Positions 26,600 to 39,600 of a stretch of 64,000 bases of DNA are shown here, piece by piece. A program made the position numbers and the translations under genes. The first letter of the stretch is position 1; every line of letters begins with the position of its first letter. Source of the DNA: Setoptus koraiensis (Eukaryota > Animalia > Arthropoda); assembly GCA_048013815.1 (NCBI GenBank), contig CM106585.1:20460001-20524000 (forward strand). The letters are read 5' to 3'. The notes beneath the pieces were generated by a model, which was not told the origin of the DNA, searched no databases, and saw nothing but the letters and a program-made list of their open reading frames with translations.

Positions 26600-28494
26600 A
26601 TGTTACATCACAAAGTTTTTGTATTTATTGTATTATTGCAATGTTTAAAATTAGCATTTAGTCATATTCCTCTGATTGACCCGATTAAGTTAGGTGGTCC
26701 TAATTATTTGCATCTGAGCGTTGTGAGTGACTTATATCAATTGTGGTAGCTTGATGATAATACTGAGCAATATAAAATGAATATAAACCATTTTCCCTTT
26801 TTTGCTTATGTTTCTCTCCCTCCTCCTCCTCATGCATAACCATTGATCAATTTGAAGGCTCAAGTAGTTGAGTTGCATGGCTATCGGGCGAAAACTTATG
26901 ATGCCATCAGCGTCGATGGTTACATAACAACAGTGACAAGAGTTATCAATCCAGAAGCCGACCAGTCAACAATTAGTCGAACGGTGGTTTTTCATCATGG
27001 CATAACTCAAAATATACTAAGTCCCCAGATGTCTCTCTGTACCTATACTCGGCCGCAAAAACCAGTTAATACGACACAATTTTTAAGAAACTATGACAAA
27101 AGATTCACTGGCCAAAATGGCCAACTACCTATTATTGATCCACTTACAATTGGTGCTGCTGGTTTGTATGGCGAACTGTCAAGTTTGTTTAATATATCTA
27201 ATGTGATAGATAACGGGAACCCTTATACACTGACTTGTTTACCATTTCATTTGAGTAACAACAATTATGATGTGTGGTTATTTGAGGCCAGGGCTAGTAC
27301 ACCAGCCGCAACTAGGCATGTAAATCCATCCATTACCGTAGAGGAATATTTCAATTTCAATCTGCACGATGAGGCCACGAAAGATGTTCCCGCTCAGATT
27401 GCAAAAGTGAAAGAGATTAGTGGTAGAGATAAGGTGTCTTATATTGCTTTCAGTCAATCGACATCGTTTATGTTTATATTATTGAGCGAACAGCCAGAAT
27501 TCAAAGAAAATCTCATGGCTTTTGTAGCATTGTCACCTGTGGCATTTTGCTCCGAAACCAAGGGTGCATTGAGAGCTTTTTGGGATGTTATAACTCCAAT
27601 GCCCGGATTTGTAACAAACAATCTCAACATACCGTTCCCTTTTGTATATGAAGACGCTCAAACTTTGAACAATATTTTGATGCAGGTTTGCGAAGAGGAA
27701 GAGGTAGCCGCAACAGTTTGCCGTGAAGCTGTGAATTCCATCGTGGGCCCAGACGAAAATCAGAATGTTCTTGTGAGTATCGTTTGCATCTGCGATGAAT
27801 GCAGAAATATGACGGTATCGGCTAATCAACATCTCTCATATTATTCCATTGTTTTCCTGCAGAACATACCGTTCTTCAGTCGATTGACGTCGCAAACAAG
27901 CTACAAGGCCATTATACATATGGGACAATGGACCAAAAAGGGCACATTCAACAAATTCGACTACAAAGAACCCCATTTGAACCTTTTGCATTACGGACAG
28001 GTAAGTCACTGTTTGTTCGCGTCTTTTCAATATTACGCGTACTAACGTTATAAAGAATCAATTCAAAAATAGTCATTGCAATCATTGTTTGCTTTACTTC
28101 GTTGTTCACAACATACTCGACTGACTTTTACGATATAAGATTGAGGCACCCAATTATAATGTATCAAGGATCAGTTTTGATAAAATAATATTGGTCAGAT
28201 CGCCACAAAACGACTATCTATCGGCAGCACCTGATCATGAAGAATTAAAATCTCGCTTGAGAGGTTAGTATGAATAGCAATTTTTAATCCTTACCAAGGC
28301 CCTGCTTATCGTGATCTACTAACATCGTAACAAAAATTTGTCCATCACATATGCCATTATTAGTGCCCCTGTACAGGGACATAGTTACGCCACCATCTTA
28401 CAACCACTACAGCTTTCTGACAGGTGCTTCAAGCTATTGGCATGTTATAATACCTGTCACAAGAGCATTGGAACAAATTTATATGTCACAATGA
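26600..28494 (+). CDS. Secreted alpha/beta-hydrolase of the acid lipase family (gastric/lysosomal lipase, Lip3-like), 5 exons
   Basis: Exons 26600-26722 (signal peptide MLHHKVFVFIVLLQCLKLAFS), 26858-27772, 27863-28000, 28140-28263 and 28364-28494. Motifs: HGY..TY...DGYI, HHG, YDVWL, nucleophile S in IAFSQS, ALSPVAF, FNKFDY..NL.HYGQ..PNYNVS, triad Asp in QNDYL, triad His in YNHYSF. Confidence 0.9.
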
Positions 28495-31400
28495 TAAAAT
28501 AGTAACTGGCATTTCGCTCGATGGAAGCTTCGATGGGTGCATCACAGATTATCTGAAACTCTTAAGCAGTGGAAACAACAATTGAAGCTCTTACCCTAAA
28601 ATGATTCAATAAGTGGAGAAAAACTATGAAGTGAGGCGCCAAGTGAAATGTGACACGGCAAAGATACAAATTGCAATATTTTCATGTTTACCTCAACTTG
28701 TGATTAATGAAGCCCACTTCTGTTCCGACCCATCAACTAGAATTATCAAATCTTTTCGCAGGAAAACGGCCGCGAAAATCTTCTGTGACTCAGTTCAGGA
28801 AGTACGATCCGGACACAAATATTCTTTCGGGAATATTTACCCCACTGCCTCTCATTGTGCCAGCTGGATAAGATTCAATCCATAAAACATTGTTTTTTTC
28901 ATGTTCCATTTTTCATGGTCCGTCAATAGAAGATCAATTCATTCATTTAGAGTAAACAAAGAAGAGATTGAGGCCTCGCAAATATGTTTTTGGTCAATAA
29001 GGAAATAACTAAAACTCTTCACGACAGCTTCCATGTTGTGCGTTACTAATCATTTAATCAATTTTCTTGCAAGATTCCCGCTACCCGTTCATTTAATACT
29101 GCTAAGCCAAACCGTTTTCTGTATTTATGTAGCTGAATAATACAGGCTGTGCTAGATAAATCCGAGAGTTATTAGTCTCGGCAATATCTATCAGCTGCAT
29201 CTCTATTGTTGTTATGTATGCACGAGGGCTCGTTCGCTCACAGAGCCGGTGATAAGAGGACGAGAAAGACTAGCAGAAATGGAGATGGATCGCCTGAGAA
29301 GGGATCCTCGTGAAAACTTAATCTTCTATGATCTATGCCGTTCAACACAACACCGCATGCTAGACAGATCACGATACAATCAAGTTGAGATTGAACCTGA
29401 TCAATATCGACATACTCATTAGGTGTCAGTCAATTCCTCTATCATAGTATAACAATACAATACTAGGATCTTTATTTCGGAGCAAATCAACCATTCATGT
29501 AGAAATAATCTTTTCACAACTTTATCATTTTCAAATTTAGCAAGTCCTCTGAAATCCGTCATCTACTATGCGAATTCAACTATTCTTTAGCACATTCTTT
29601 GGCTGTGTTAGCAATTCCTAAATACTTTGCTAATCTAGCTCGTTCCTAAACCGTGTTCAGTTAATGTAGCAGTTAATGTGTCCGGTAGCATCCGTATCAT
29701 TCATTGGCGCAATAGGTTTCATGCAATGTACTAAGGCTAATATTTAGTTTCATCATAGCATCACCATAATCTTGTGAACGCCAGAATTTATGAGATGCCA
29801 GCGAAACTGATACCCGTCTTATGACATCATTGTGCGTGAACTGTCAACATAAGCATTCCATGTCACTTTCATTCTGGTATCGGATAACGACGGTTGAACT
29901 GTTGCGGCAAGCTAGGAGAGATTTTATACAGGGAGCTTGCTATAAGAGTGAATGACAAACTTCTTCATATCAACGATGGCAACCCTTTGAGATTCTATCA
30001 TCATGACTTATCAGACTTTTCGTTGTGCAATGCATTCATTGCAAACATACAGTGGAGACATTCTTGTACAGTATAATGATTGTTGATTGGAAATGTGACG
30101 AAAATCTTATGTGGCTGCGCTGATCAATAACATCAACTACAATAATAATAGTGCCAATAATAATAGTAATAATAATAATAATCACTAGCGTCGCGGTAAT
30201 GATGTACTAATTTACTCTTCTGTCGAGTATTATCCCCCAAATGCTGTTATTATTGACAATTACATAATGCAAGAGACAAGTTTTTATCGATTCACTCAAC
30301 CAAGTCGATATATTTATTTATTTATCACTCTTTATCGCAAATGATTTATGAGGTGAGAGACTAAGATTGGCTAGGGGATGGTAGAATAGAATTTGTTGCC
30401 TTCCTTTTAGTTCCTGGCGATGTCGATGGGTGGTAGTATCAGTGGTGATGGAGTAGAGAACAACCAGACATTTTGCAAGCTATTGATTTCTATCAAGATT
30501 AATCAAAGCTTACACTTGATTAGCTTAATAGAAATTTATACAGACATGTTTGTTAGGAATAAAAGCAAGAGACAGAGAAAGTTTTCAATCGCTCGCAAGG
30601 TGGAGCGAAGGGGTCGCCTTTTGCTTTTCTTCTTATACACGCATTACTACATTATGATGATTTAAAAGTTTGCACAGTGCAACAAGAGTGGCATGTCTAG
30701 AAAATGTTGATACATACTTGATTGAAAAATTAATAGCAATTTACAATTAGTTGATCTAGCTTTCGCTTAAGTTTTTCAGCGTATAATAGGTTGTTTTTAA
30801 ACAAACAAACTATCATACACAAGTATTAAGAATATTGCAACTTTCACTATTTTCGCTTACATCATAATCCAACGATTGGATTTTGTTGGTTCTGAGTTGC
30901 AATGTGGCGCTAGTGCTGCCAAGATTCAATTGAAAGAGATGAGCCACATCTACACAATGATGATGATGACGATGATGATCATGATGATGTAATACATGAT
31001 TTGGCGCCAAGCACACTTGTGACTGGTATTGGTAGCATCAGGACGGAACATCTAATGGATATGTCGTGCCGTGTAATGTCACTTGTGCCCAGAGTGGCTG
31101 ATAAGAGAGTTGCCGGGTCCAAGTTGCTGGCAGCAATTAATTATCGCCCTGCATGGAAATATTGTTGTAGTTATTCTCTTTATTGAACACATTGAGCATA
31201 ACAGATCGCAATTAGCGTCGGTCGAAGAGGACAGACAGACAGACAGAGTGAGTTTTGGACAGTAAGACAACGAAAGTGAGCGAGATATTCATCATTATCG
31301 GCCTGATAACCAATTGAGACTCGATGAGAGATAAAGCCAGTTAATGGCGCCTTAATTGGAGAGGCATCATCATCATTTTTTGTTCTCAAATGTTTTATAG

Positions 31401-32730
31401 CGTGCATTAGTTGTAGTTGTTGGCTTTCTACCTACTGCTTGCGAGCTCACTTGTTCAGCCAATTACTGATTAATTGATTGCAAGCGTCTCATTGCTCACT
31501 TGTTATAATTAAGCGGTTGCACGGAAGTTCAAGCAGTTGCAGCGTTGATGCCACAGCCAACAAATGACAACGGCGATATTATTATCTCTTCGCTTTACAC
31601 AATCAGGCTTACACAACGCTTTACCTTTAGTTGATCACCTGAGATAAATGACAATTTTGCGACTTGTTCCAAGGTCGGTTGTTGTCGCAATTGGACCGGC
31701 AACGGCAACTTTGTGCTATTGTAGTTCATGAAAACTGCCATAGAGGGCTGACTCGGACCGTCGGTGGTGCATTGCCATGCTCTATATGTTTCGGTAGACG
31801 CGGCCTGGGTCGAACGACAACAACGATCGCCTACTGTAGGCGGCCTACATGTATCTGGTTGAACCAGCGCAATATTTGAACACCCTTTTACACGCGCTGT
31901 GTGCGCTAATTGGATTTTCTCGCCGAGGCGTGGCAGGCTTGCTCTGTTGATTGTATAGACGGGGCATGGTGTAAAATACCCTGATGCGAGCGCAAATTTT
32001 GGCTAATCGGGTTACGTCCGGTTGGTTGGAGTGTGCGGCGTGCGCGCAACAATTCGATTGGTGCGTGCACCTTATGGTGCACAAACGCGATTATCAACGC
32101 AGCCATCTTGTTGTTGGATGCAATTACTGGCATTATCGTTGTTGCTATATATTATTCTTATTATTATTACCATTATTATTATTATTATTATTATTACTAT
32201 ATCGCTGTTATGTATCCATATATTGGACATTGTTATCATCGTTTATCATTGCATCAGTGCTTGTGCCAATTCTCATTGAAATTTGCATAAAGCCTCGGTA
32301 ACTAAACGGTGCAATCGATATCCCAGCGAGCGCACACACATATTACTAATTTCAAGCTTCACCGAAGAGGCCAAATGAAAATGGCCAGACCAGCCCTATC
32401 ACTTAGCACTGCAGCGGTGATCTTGAGAGAGCATCTTAGAGAACAAACCAGACGCAATTTGTTGGGATATGTTTGCACAAGCCGGGCGAAAAAATGCCCT
32501 CCTGCATAATGCAAATCCTTTGCTGCAACTCGGGTTACTGGTTGGCCTCACGTGGAGAAAATAAACTTATAATGGATCGAGCAGGCAATCTCCCGGCGAG
32601 CACCGCAAGCACACTATCATGGTATTATTGGCACAATGCCTTCACAACAGAGAGGATCTATGCGACTTATAAAGCAAAAAATGATTGCTATTCAATCCGA
32701 TCAATTGTGGCCCACTCACACATTATAAGG

Positions 32731-32759
32731 CTCACACACACACACACACACACACACAC
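32731..32759. repeat. (CA)n microsatellite
   Basis: CA run in an intergenic region. Confidence 0.9.
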
Positions 32760-33912
32760 TTGACGATAATAATAATCGATAATGGTGACACTCATTTGAT
32801 CAAGCTAATATACTCACTCGCTCGCTTGCCAGCCGTCAAGTGGGACACGCTCCAGTAAACAATCCAACTTGCTCACCAATGTCGAGAAGAAGCCAAGAAA
32901 ACGTGCCGTTCTAAAATTCAGCCTTCTTTAATGTGTGCCAAAGCAAACCATCCAATCCAGCCAATCAACCTTATCGGGCCAGACGTGTTAAGATCGTTTG
33001 CAATGCCGAACGCTAACAACTTTGGCAACTTTTACGCACCATCAAGCGCTGGCTGAAAATCTGAATGGAATCTGTTGTGAATTAAACCGTTCGCAATGAC
33101 AGACAACTCCAATCTCAAGTCGCATTAAACACCCCCCAACATTGTTCATATTTATTCAACACACCGAGCGTCTTCATGTGAGCGCCAGAGGCTCGGTAGA
33201 GGAAGGGGAGAATAAACGCACATTAATAAAGGCTATCTCGTCTTCCGTTTAATACACTGGCCTTATGCAAAGTTTACCTTGATTTGAGGGCCCGAGTCTT
33301 AAATCAAAACTCTCATCTTATCGTCATGATCTGCACTTAACAATTAGCATTGAATTAATTCATTTCCTAGTGTCATGACCTCACGAACAAATTTCTACCA
33401 TGTGTCAGATGGTTTATGACCATGTGAATCAAGTGTATGACACATCAGAGCATAATCATTTAGTCGGTCATCAGATATCTGTGAGCAGCGGTGCAATTTA
33501 GCAGTGGCCAGCAAAAAGGATCGAAAGAGGATGAATAAGACATCTTCTACATACGACTCCTGTTGGCTACGGTGTCAAACAGTGTGTCAATATTGAGACG
33601 CAAGCATCAGCGTGAAAAAAAAGAGTTATGTAAGCATCATCGGAGTCAATCATTATTCGCACCGTTGGACTTTACGCGACGTTATTCAGCGAGTAGCCAT
33701 GCTGGTTTTTGTGTCTGGGGCACTGATTAATTCTAGCAGATGGTTTTGAGACTAGATACTTGCCATATGGGCCTCCATGAATATGATTGGATAGTATGGT
33801 AATTAAATTAACACAATCAATATGTGTGCGTAGACGGTTGTAATTTCTACATGCACACATACTACAGCACATATTCATGAATATCGCATCAATATTGATG
33901 ATTGTATCAAAC

Positions 33913-34306
33913 TAGAGATGCATATGGATATCTTAGCCGGATAATCGATTCGCCCAGATATCAAAATTGTTATCCACATTCGATATATCCACCCTGGATA
34001 TTTGTGAAATTATCTATGGATACATGTATCCATATTAGCCGAATATTTGGTAGAGAGCAGATATCGGCACACACTAATCAAGGAAAAATTCAACAAAACA
34101 TTCAACTGGCAGTTGAATGCTTATATCGTTTTCAGCAAATATCTCTCGGAGCGGATATCCATCGATAATTGAGTTGGCGGATGCTCGCGCACTTTTGTTC
34201 ATGGATATCCATAATTTTCCGAATGATGTCCGAATTTGTTCATTGCCAGTACGGGAGGCCGATAATAGCAGAATATCCGTTCATGGATAAATTCAACGCA
34301 TCTATA
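33913..34306. mobile_element. Degenerate non-autonomous hAT-type MITE (394 bp)
   Basis: Ends TAGAGATGC...GCATCTATA (8/9 inverted match). The 8-bp flanks TATCAAAC and TGTCGAAC match at 6/8 with both differences being transitions, consistent with a decayed 8-bp TSD. The interior is dense in GGATA/TATCC motifs and has no transposase ORF. Confidence 0.65.
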
Positions 34307-35437
34307 TGTCGAACCAAACAAAATTTAAGACTCTTGTGGAGTGCCCGGGGTAAATTAGTGATTGAGAATGCATAAAATTACACAAAATAGAGTAACCCAC
34401 AATTGATTCAGTTACACTGTATATAAATTTTGGTCAGCCAGTCAAGTCTATAGGCTCACGTTCAGTTTCATTCGAGTGTATACGAGATGTATTGGTGATG
34501 TCACATATCTGTCAGAATTTATAATGGACAGTGAGACATAATTATTACTATATTAGTTTCGGACTAATATTACCACAGCTAGAAGAAACCATCGCCAGTT
34601 ATTAATAGATAGACACCAGCTAAACAGGCCGACTGAATGGCTCGGTCAACTAACTAACCAATAATAGTCTACGTATAGAAACGCATTATGGCACAGTTAG
34701 CTCATAACCATTGACTAGTCAGTTCAATCTTGTAATATTACATAATAATGACTCTCACAACTAACCATACAGTACTATGTAGCCACTACTACTACCATTA
34801 GTACTACTACAGCTCCTGATATTTAACTGCAGTGCCACAACAAACATCACCATTAATGATCCAGTGGTGAGGTGTTATGACGAATTGAGTGAAAGGTTCA
34901 TCGTGCAATCTACAAATTTCTATTCACCTACGAATAATTAGATACCGATCCCTCGGTGTATCTTAATTTTGCACGGTTCCAGCCTCAAACTACTTCCACT
35001 ATCACTGCTACATCAATTCCTACAACAACTACTACCACTACTACTGCTACTGTTACCACGAGACCATGTCGTCGCTTTATTGGGTAACCGATAATCTGCG
35101 CATCCTATGAAAGTAAGGTAGTTCAACTAATGTATTATCAATTTATTCTGTAATCAACAACTGCCTTAAACAGTTGGCAAGCTTTAAGTAGTAATAGTAT
35201 CCCTAGTGCAACTGTGTGTGTCGAATTGAATAATCTCCCATCAAAGCCAGGTACGAACAGACGGGTGTGTATTTGCGCTGTGAATAGTTTAAATTGAATC
35301 ATCGAGTCAAGTAGTCTCAATAAACTATGATGATGTAAATGGTAGCTCTAGGACAGGTGGCAGGAGCAGCGGCAGCAAGAGATCAAAAGCGCAGTCGTCG
35401 TAGAAAGCATGGTTTGACTTGGGGAGAAAGATAGAGG

Positions 35438-35441
<4 letters not shown>

Positions 35442-35490
<49 letters not shown>
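35442..35490. repeat. (GA)n microsatellite upstream of the aminopeptidase gene
   Basis: Uninterrupted GA run. Confidence 0.95.
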
Positions 35491-35495
<5 letters not shown>

Positions 35496-36603
35496 GAGAG
35501 GGACGAGATGAGATCAATTCCGATGTCACAAATAACGAAAGAAGAAGAAAGTAAATGAAAGTTTTCAATCAAAAAACCTTTGCTACTATCGAATTGGTAA
35601 GGCGAAATCTAGAGGAAAAAGTAACTGCCCACCGCACACTTACATTCTCCCTCCAATAAAGAAAAAAGAAACGAACAAGTTAAACTTGAGTGAAGAACCT
35701 GTAGTATTGGCTCGCCAGAACAAGTACAGCTTAAGTTTAGTTTAGTGGACTTATCCACACGCAAGCACACGAACAGAAAAAGGTGAGCCGTTGCTTATAG
35801 TTCATGGAGAGATCGAAGCATTCTTTTACTTCATTTGTTGGCTGCATTCTAATAATGAGCACTCATTGCCGCAAGTGATCGCACTCAACAAACAAATATG
35901 CCAAGTTATGGGCTCTTTCGATCAATACAGCCAGCAATAGTTTACATATAGTATCATTTAATCAAGTTTAGTACACGTGCCTGGTGACGATATTTCTTGA
36001 TTGAAAGAGCATTAGATGTTTGACATCTTCTGTATCACCACATTCCATGAGTGCCAGCTCACCATCACAGCAACACTCGTTCGAAGATTTTATTTGTGAC
36101 ATCACCTCAGTCAAAGTTCACTTGAAATCGATGACATAGTCAAGATACCTTCTTCAGACTGGATGATCATCGTCACTAGTCGTCACTTATGGGCATACTA
36201 CCAAGGGTCATAAGACATCAAGAATGCTTCAGTAACCTACACCTATCAAAGTTCTAACATCAATTCGCAAAATGACAAAATAGACAACGCTAGGCCATTA
36301 TTATTATCATTATTACTTCAGGTATATTCCAATATCCCAGTGAAAAATCACTTGTCAGTTCATCAAAAAGTTACAAAGTTTGCCGACCCTTAAGGCCAAC
36401 GCTACTCATAATATTCATAGTTCCATACTCAATGAAGAACTACATGCAGTAAAATAAATATTATTCAGGAGGCCAATAAACGAAAGAGAAGCGAGAGAAC
36501 AGCCTAGATGAGATATAGAGGGCCTATGCAAGGTAATCAATACTCATAAAACGCTTCCTCTTCCTTTTAAAATCTTTTTATTATCAAGATAAAAAATCTC
36601 GAT

Positions 36604-39600
36604 ATGGCGGAATTGATGGATAGTTTAACAGAATCCAAATCGGCGATAGAAATAACGTCAACCTCGAACGGTGTCCTATATCCCGTTTCATCTAATGATG
36701 TAAGCTCAAATTCTCGCGACCATCTAATAGTAGCCGACGATGCATCATCCGGTCGTGTTATCAATGTTAGACATAATTCGACCGGTTCTGAAGGTCAAAA
36801 AGGAGGACAAGAGTCTTCTGGTTCAACTTTTATAAATAATAATAATAGCAGCAACAACAACAACAACAACAACATGAGCAAGACAAGCACTAATATGAAA
36901 GATTCAGCAAATCAAGCTGATGTTGATTGTAGTAAGGTATTGCCAGCAAAGAGCGTTGATGTCGTTGATTCAAGATTTACTAGTATATCACTAGTAGATG
37001 TTGCTGAAAATGAAAAGAAGAATAATAATAATAATCCTGGAACCTTATCAGCCATGACTAATCAAAGTGATGATGTGCGACTACATCAGCAGAATACTGA
37101 TGTTGGCTCATGTTCGCGCGATCAAAGAGAATTTACGCTAGAGAGACCACAAGCTATTCATGGAACTCTAGATATAAGGCAACAAGATAAAGAAGTCAAG
37201 CAGCAAGATTGCTGCGGAGACATTAATTTGTCACACCAAGCTGACAACAGCAAGCCTAATCAAGCCAGTAGTTATAATAATACAACAGATAGAGCAAGCC
37301 AGCGAACCAGAAACAACAACGATCCTTCCAAAAAACTAAATTTGCCTGATCAAATCATAGTAGCCAACAATATATCACAGGTGGATAACGTTTCTAACAT
37401 CGGAAGTAACGGAGACATATCAAAAAATAGTCAAGATATAAATGCAACTACAACAATCAATCATGCAGTCCACTCATTAAATCACAATAATTCACTAAAG
37501 TCAAATCAAATTGAGCAACCACAGCAACAAGCATTTGAAAATAGTAACACTAACAACACTAACAAATCAAACTCTTTTAACAGTCTCAGCAGGCAGCATA
37601 TATATCCAAATCAAAATCAAGAAGATCTTCCATTCATTCAAAAATTATTTTTCACGCGTTGGCCCATATATGCCTTAACAATCTGTATAATGGCGGCTTT
37701 AATATTCGCTATATTTTCATCAGTATTATCAGTTTATTTAACGTGCGGGACAAATGCTTATTCACCATCAAGTAGTCTATCCAGCCGAACATCAGAGGCA
37801 CTCATTGATACAATTGATGTAGCGGCATCCTCTTCTTCTGCGAATGTGAACAACTTCACTCGCTTACCATCTTCACTATGGCCAATACACTATGATTTGT
37901 TCATCCAGCCCTACCTGAAAGAACCATTTGATTTTGATGGAAAGGTCTGTTGTTCTCGTCGAATCAACAAATCATTGCTGATGTGTTTAGTCGAAAACAA
38001 AACGCAACAATCCGACACAGCATATCAACAATCATGTTAACGAAAGTATTCATCCTCATCTTTACCGCAACATTTTCTATTTACAGGTCTCCATAAGGAT
38101 CAAATGTACTGTGGCAACAAACAACATTTCATTGCATGCTAGAGATTTAGAACTAGACAGAAAGAGTTTAAAGTTAACTTTGGCTCCGAATCAAAATAGT
38201 AGCATATCTCTGGGAAACACGAGAGTGCCATCGATCGTCGATCTAACGCAAGACAAACAGTTGCAATACTCGATTATTCATTTAGACGAAGATCTGACTG
38301 TTGGACGCGAATATATAATTTCCATTGATTTCAAAGGTCTCCTAAACGATGATCTTGCCGGCTTTTACAGGATCAAATATGACGATCAAAAAGGCCAAAC
38401 AACGTAAGTTACAAAGATAGAATATAGATAGATAAAAAACCAAAGCTATGGCGTCTGTGATGACAGATGCTGACACAATCGCACAAGTCATTACACCGAG
38501 GAATTTCTAGATCGGTGTTTGTTCGATCCAGTTAGAGATAGCGTGAGTTCATATGTTTGTTGTTGAATGTTCAGCTAATATAATAGACCATTTATTCCGA
38601 ATAGACTGTTGCCATCAGTCACTATGATGGTCCGATCGACAGACAAGGCGTTGATCTTGATTTATTATACGTAACTAATTAGTAATTCTTGATGCCGAGC
38701 GACAAGCTTCATGAATATGTATAGATAATCTTGAATGGAGGCAGCAGAGTAACAAACATACACTCTTATGAATAAGTGGACCACTTATGTGAGCCAGTTC
38801 AATCCTGCCAAATTAGTAGTTCGTCAATTTTTATTGATACAGAGCACGGCGTATAAATTAAACTCCGAATTGAATTGTCTGCTGATGCAATATGTTCTTT
38901 AGTTCTATGACCTTAGGAATTTCAGCCTTCAAAATCTTGATCGCTCGATAAACACTATTCATTTTTCAGACTAAGATCGATATATGAGGCACTGCAGTGC
39001 ACTCAGAAGTTTGCCTAATCGAGTCCACTGGTACGGTCTATCATTCACCGACCGTTAAATATCGAAAGATATGACGATAAGAACGCTTCGAAACTGTTAT
39101 TTAATGTTTTTTTTTGCAATACCTAAAGCATAAAGTTTAACGTTAGTGAACTAATAAAAGGTACCAGCAAGAAAAGTCAGAGAAATTACAATTAGATACA
39201 TAAATATTTACTCGCGGAAGAGCTTGATATATGTACCGCATGCCGAATTGTCTACGGTTATTCTTTGCTCGAGACAACATGAATGAATGATGCATCATAA
39301 TAATGAGAATCTAGATTAGAAGTAAGAGATGAAAAGGAAGTCTACAGAGTTTGCCACACGAGAGAAATCACCATTGAACAATGCTTTTTCCGGTCATCTC
39401 CTATCAATACATCCATTTAAGCATGTTTGTATTGAATGGGCAGCACCATTAATATTAGTAAATATATTTATAAAAAATTAGATGCAGTAGGCACACTTTC
39501 ACTGTTAATATGCATACCAAAAGAATATTTTAAAAACAAGTCTATTCACACCAAGCTGGAAGTGGTTAGGCGCGATGAAATGATTCAGGTGTGATCAATA

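Noticed and set aside
26843-28045. Horizontal transfer of the lipase or any other gene in the window
   Set aside because: All recognisable genes belong to standard animal families and most carry spliceosomal introns; there is no bacterial-type operon, codon or motif signal
30950-31052. SNARE-like tail-anchor (…WRQIMYYIIMIIIVIIIIV*) on the minus strand
   Set aside because: The TM-like run is an (ATC)n microsatellite translation, and there is no heptad SNARE motif upstream
35383-35568. Minus-strand ORF MKTFIYFLLLSLFVTSELISS resembling a signal peptide
   Set aside because: Starts at TTG immediately after an in-frame TGA; the hydrophobicity comes from the complement of a GAA/GA-rich tract and it runs into a microsatellite
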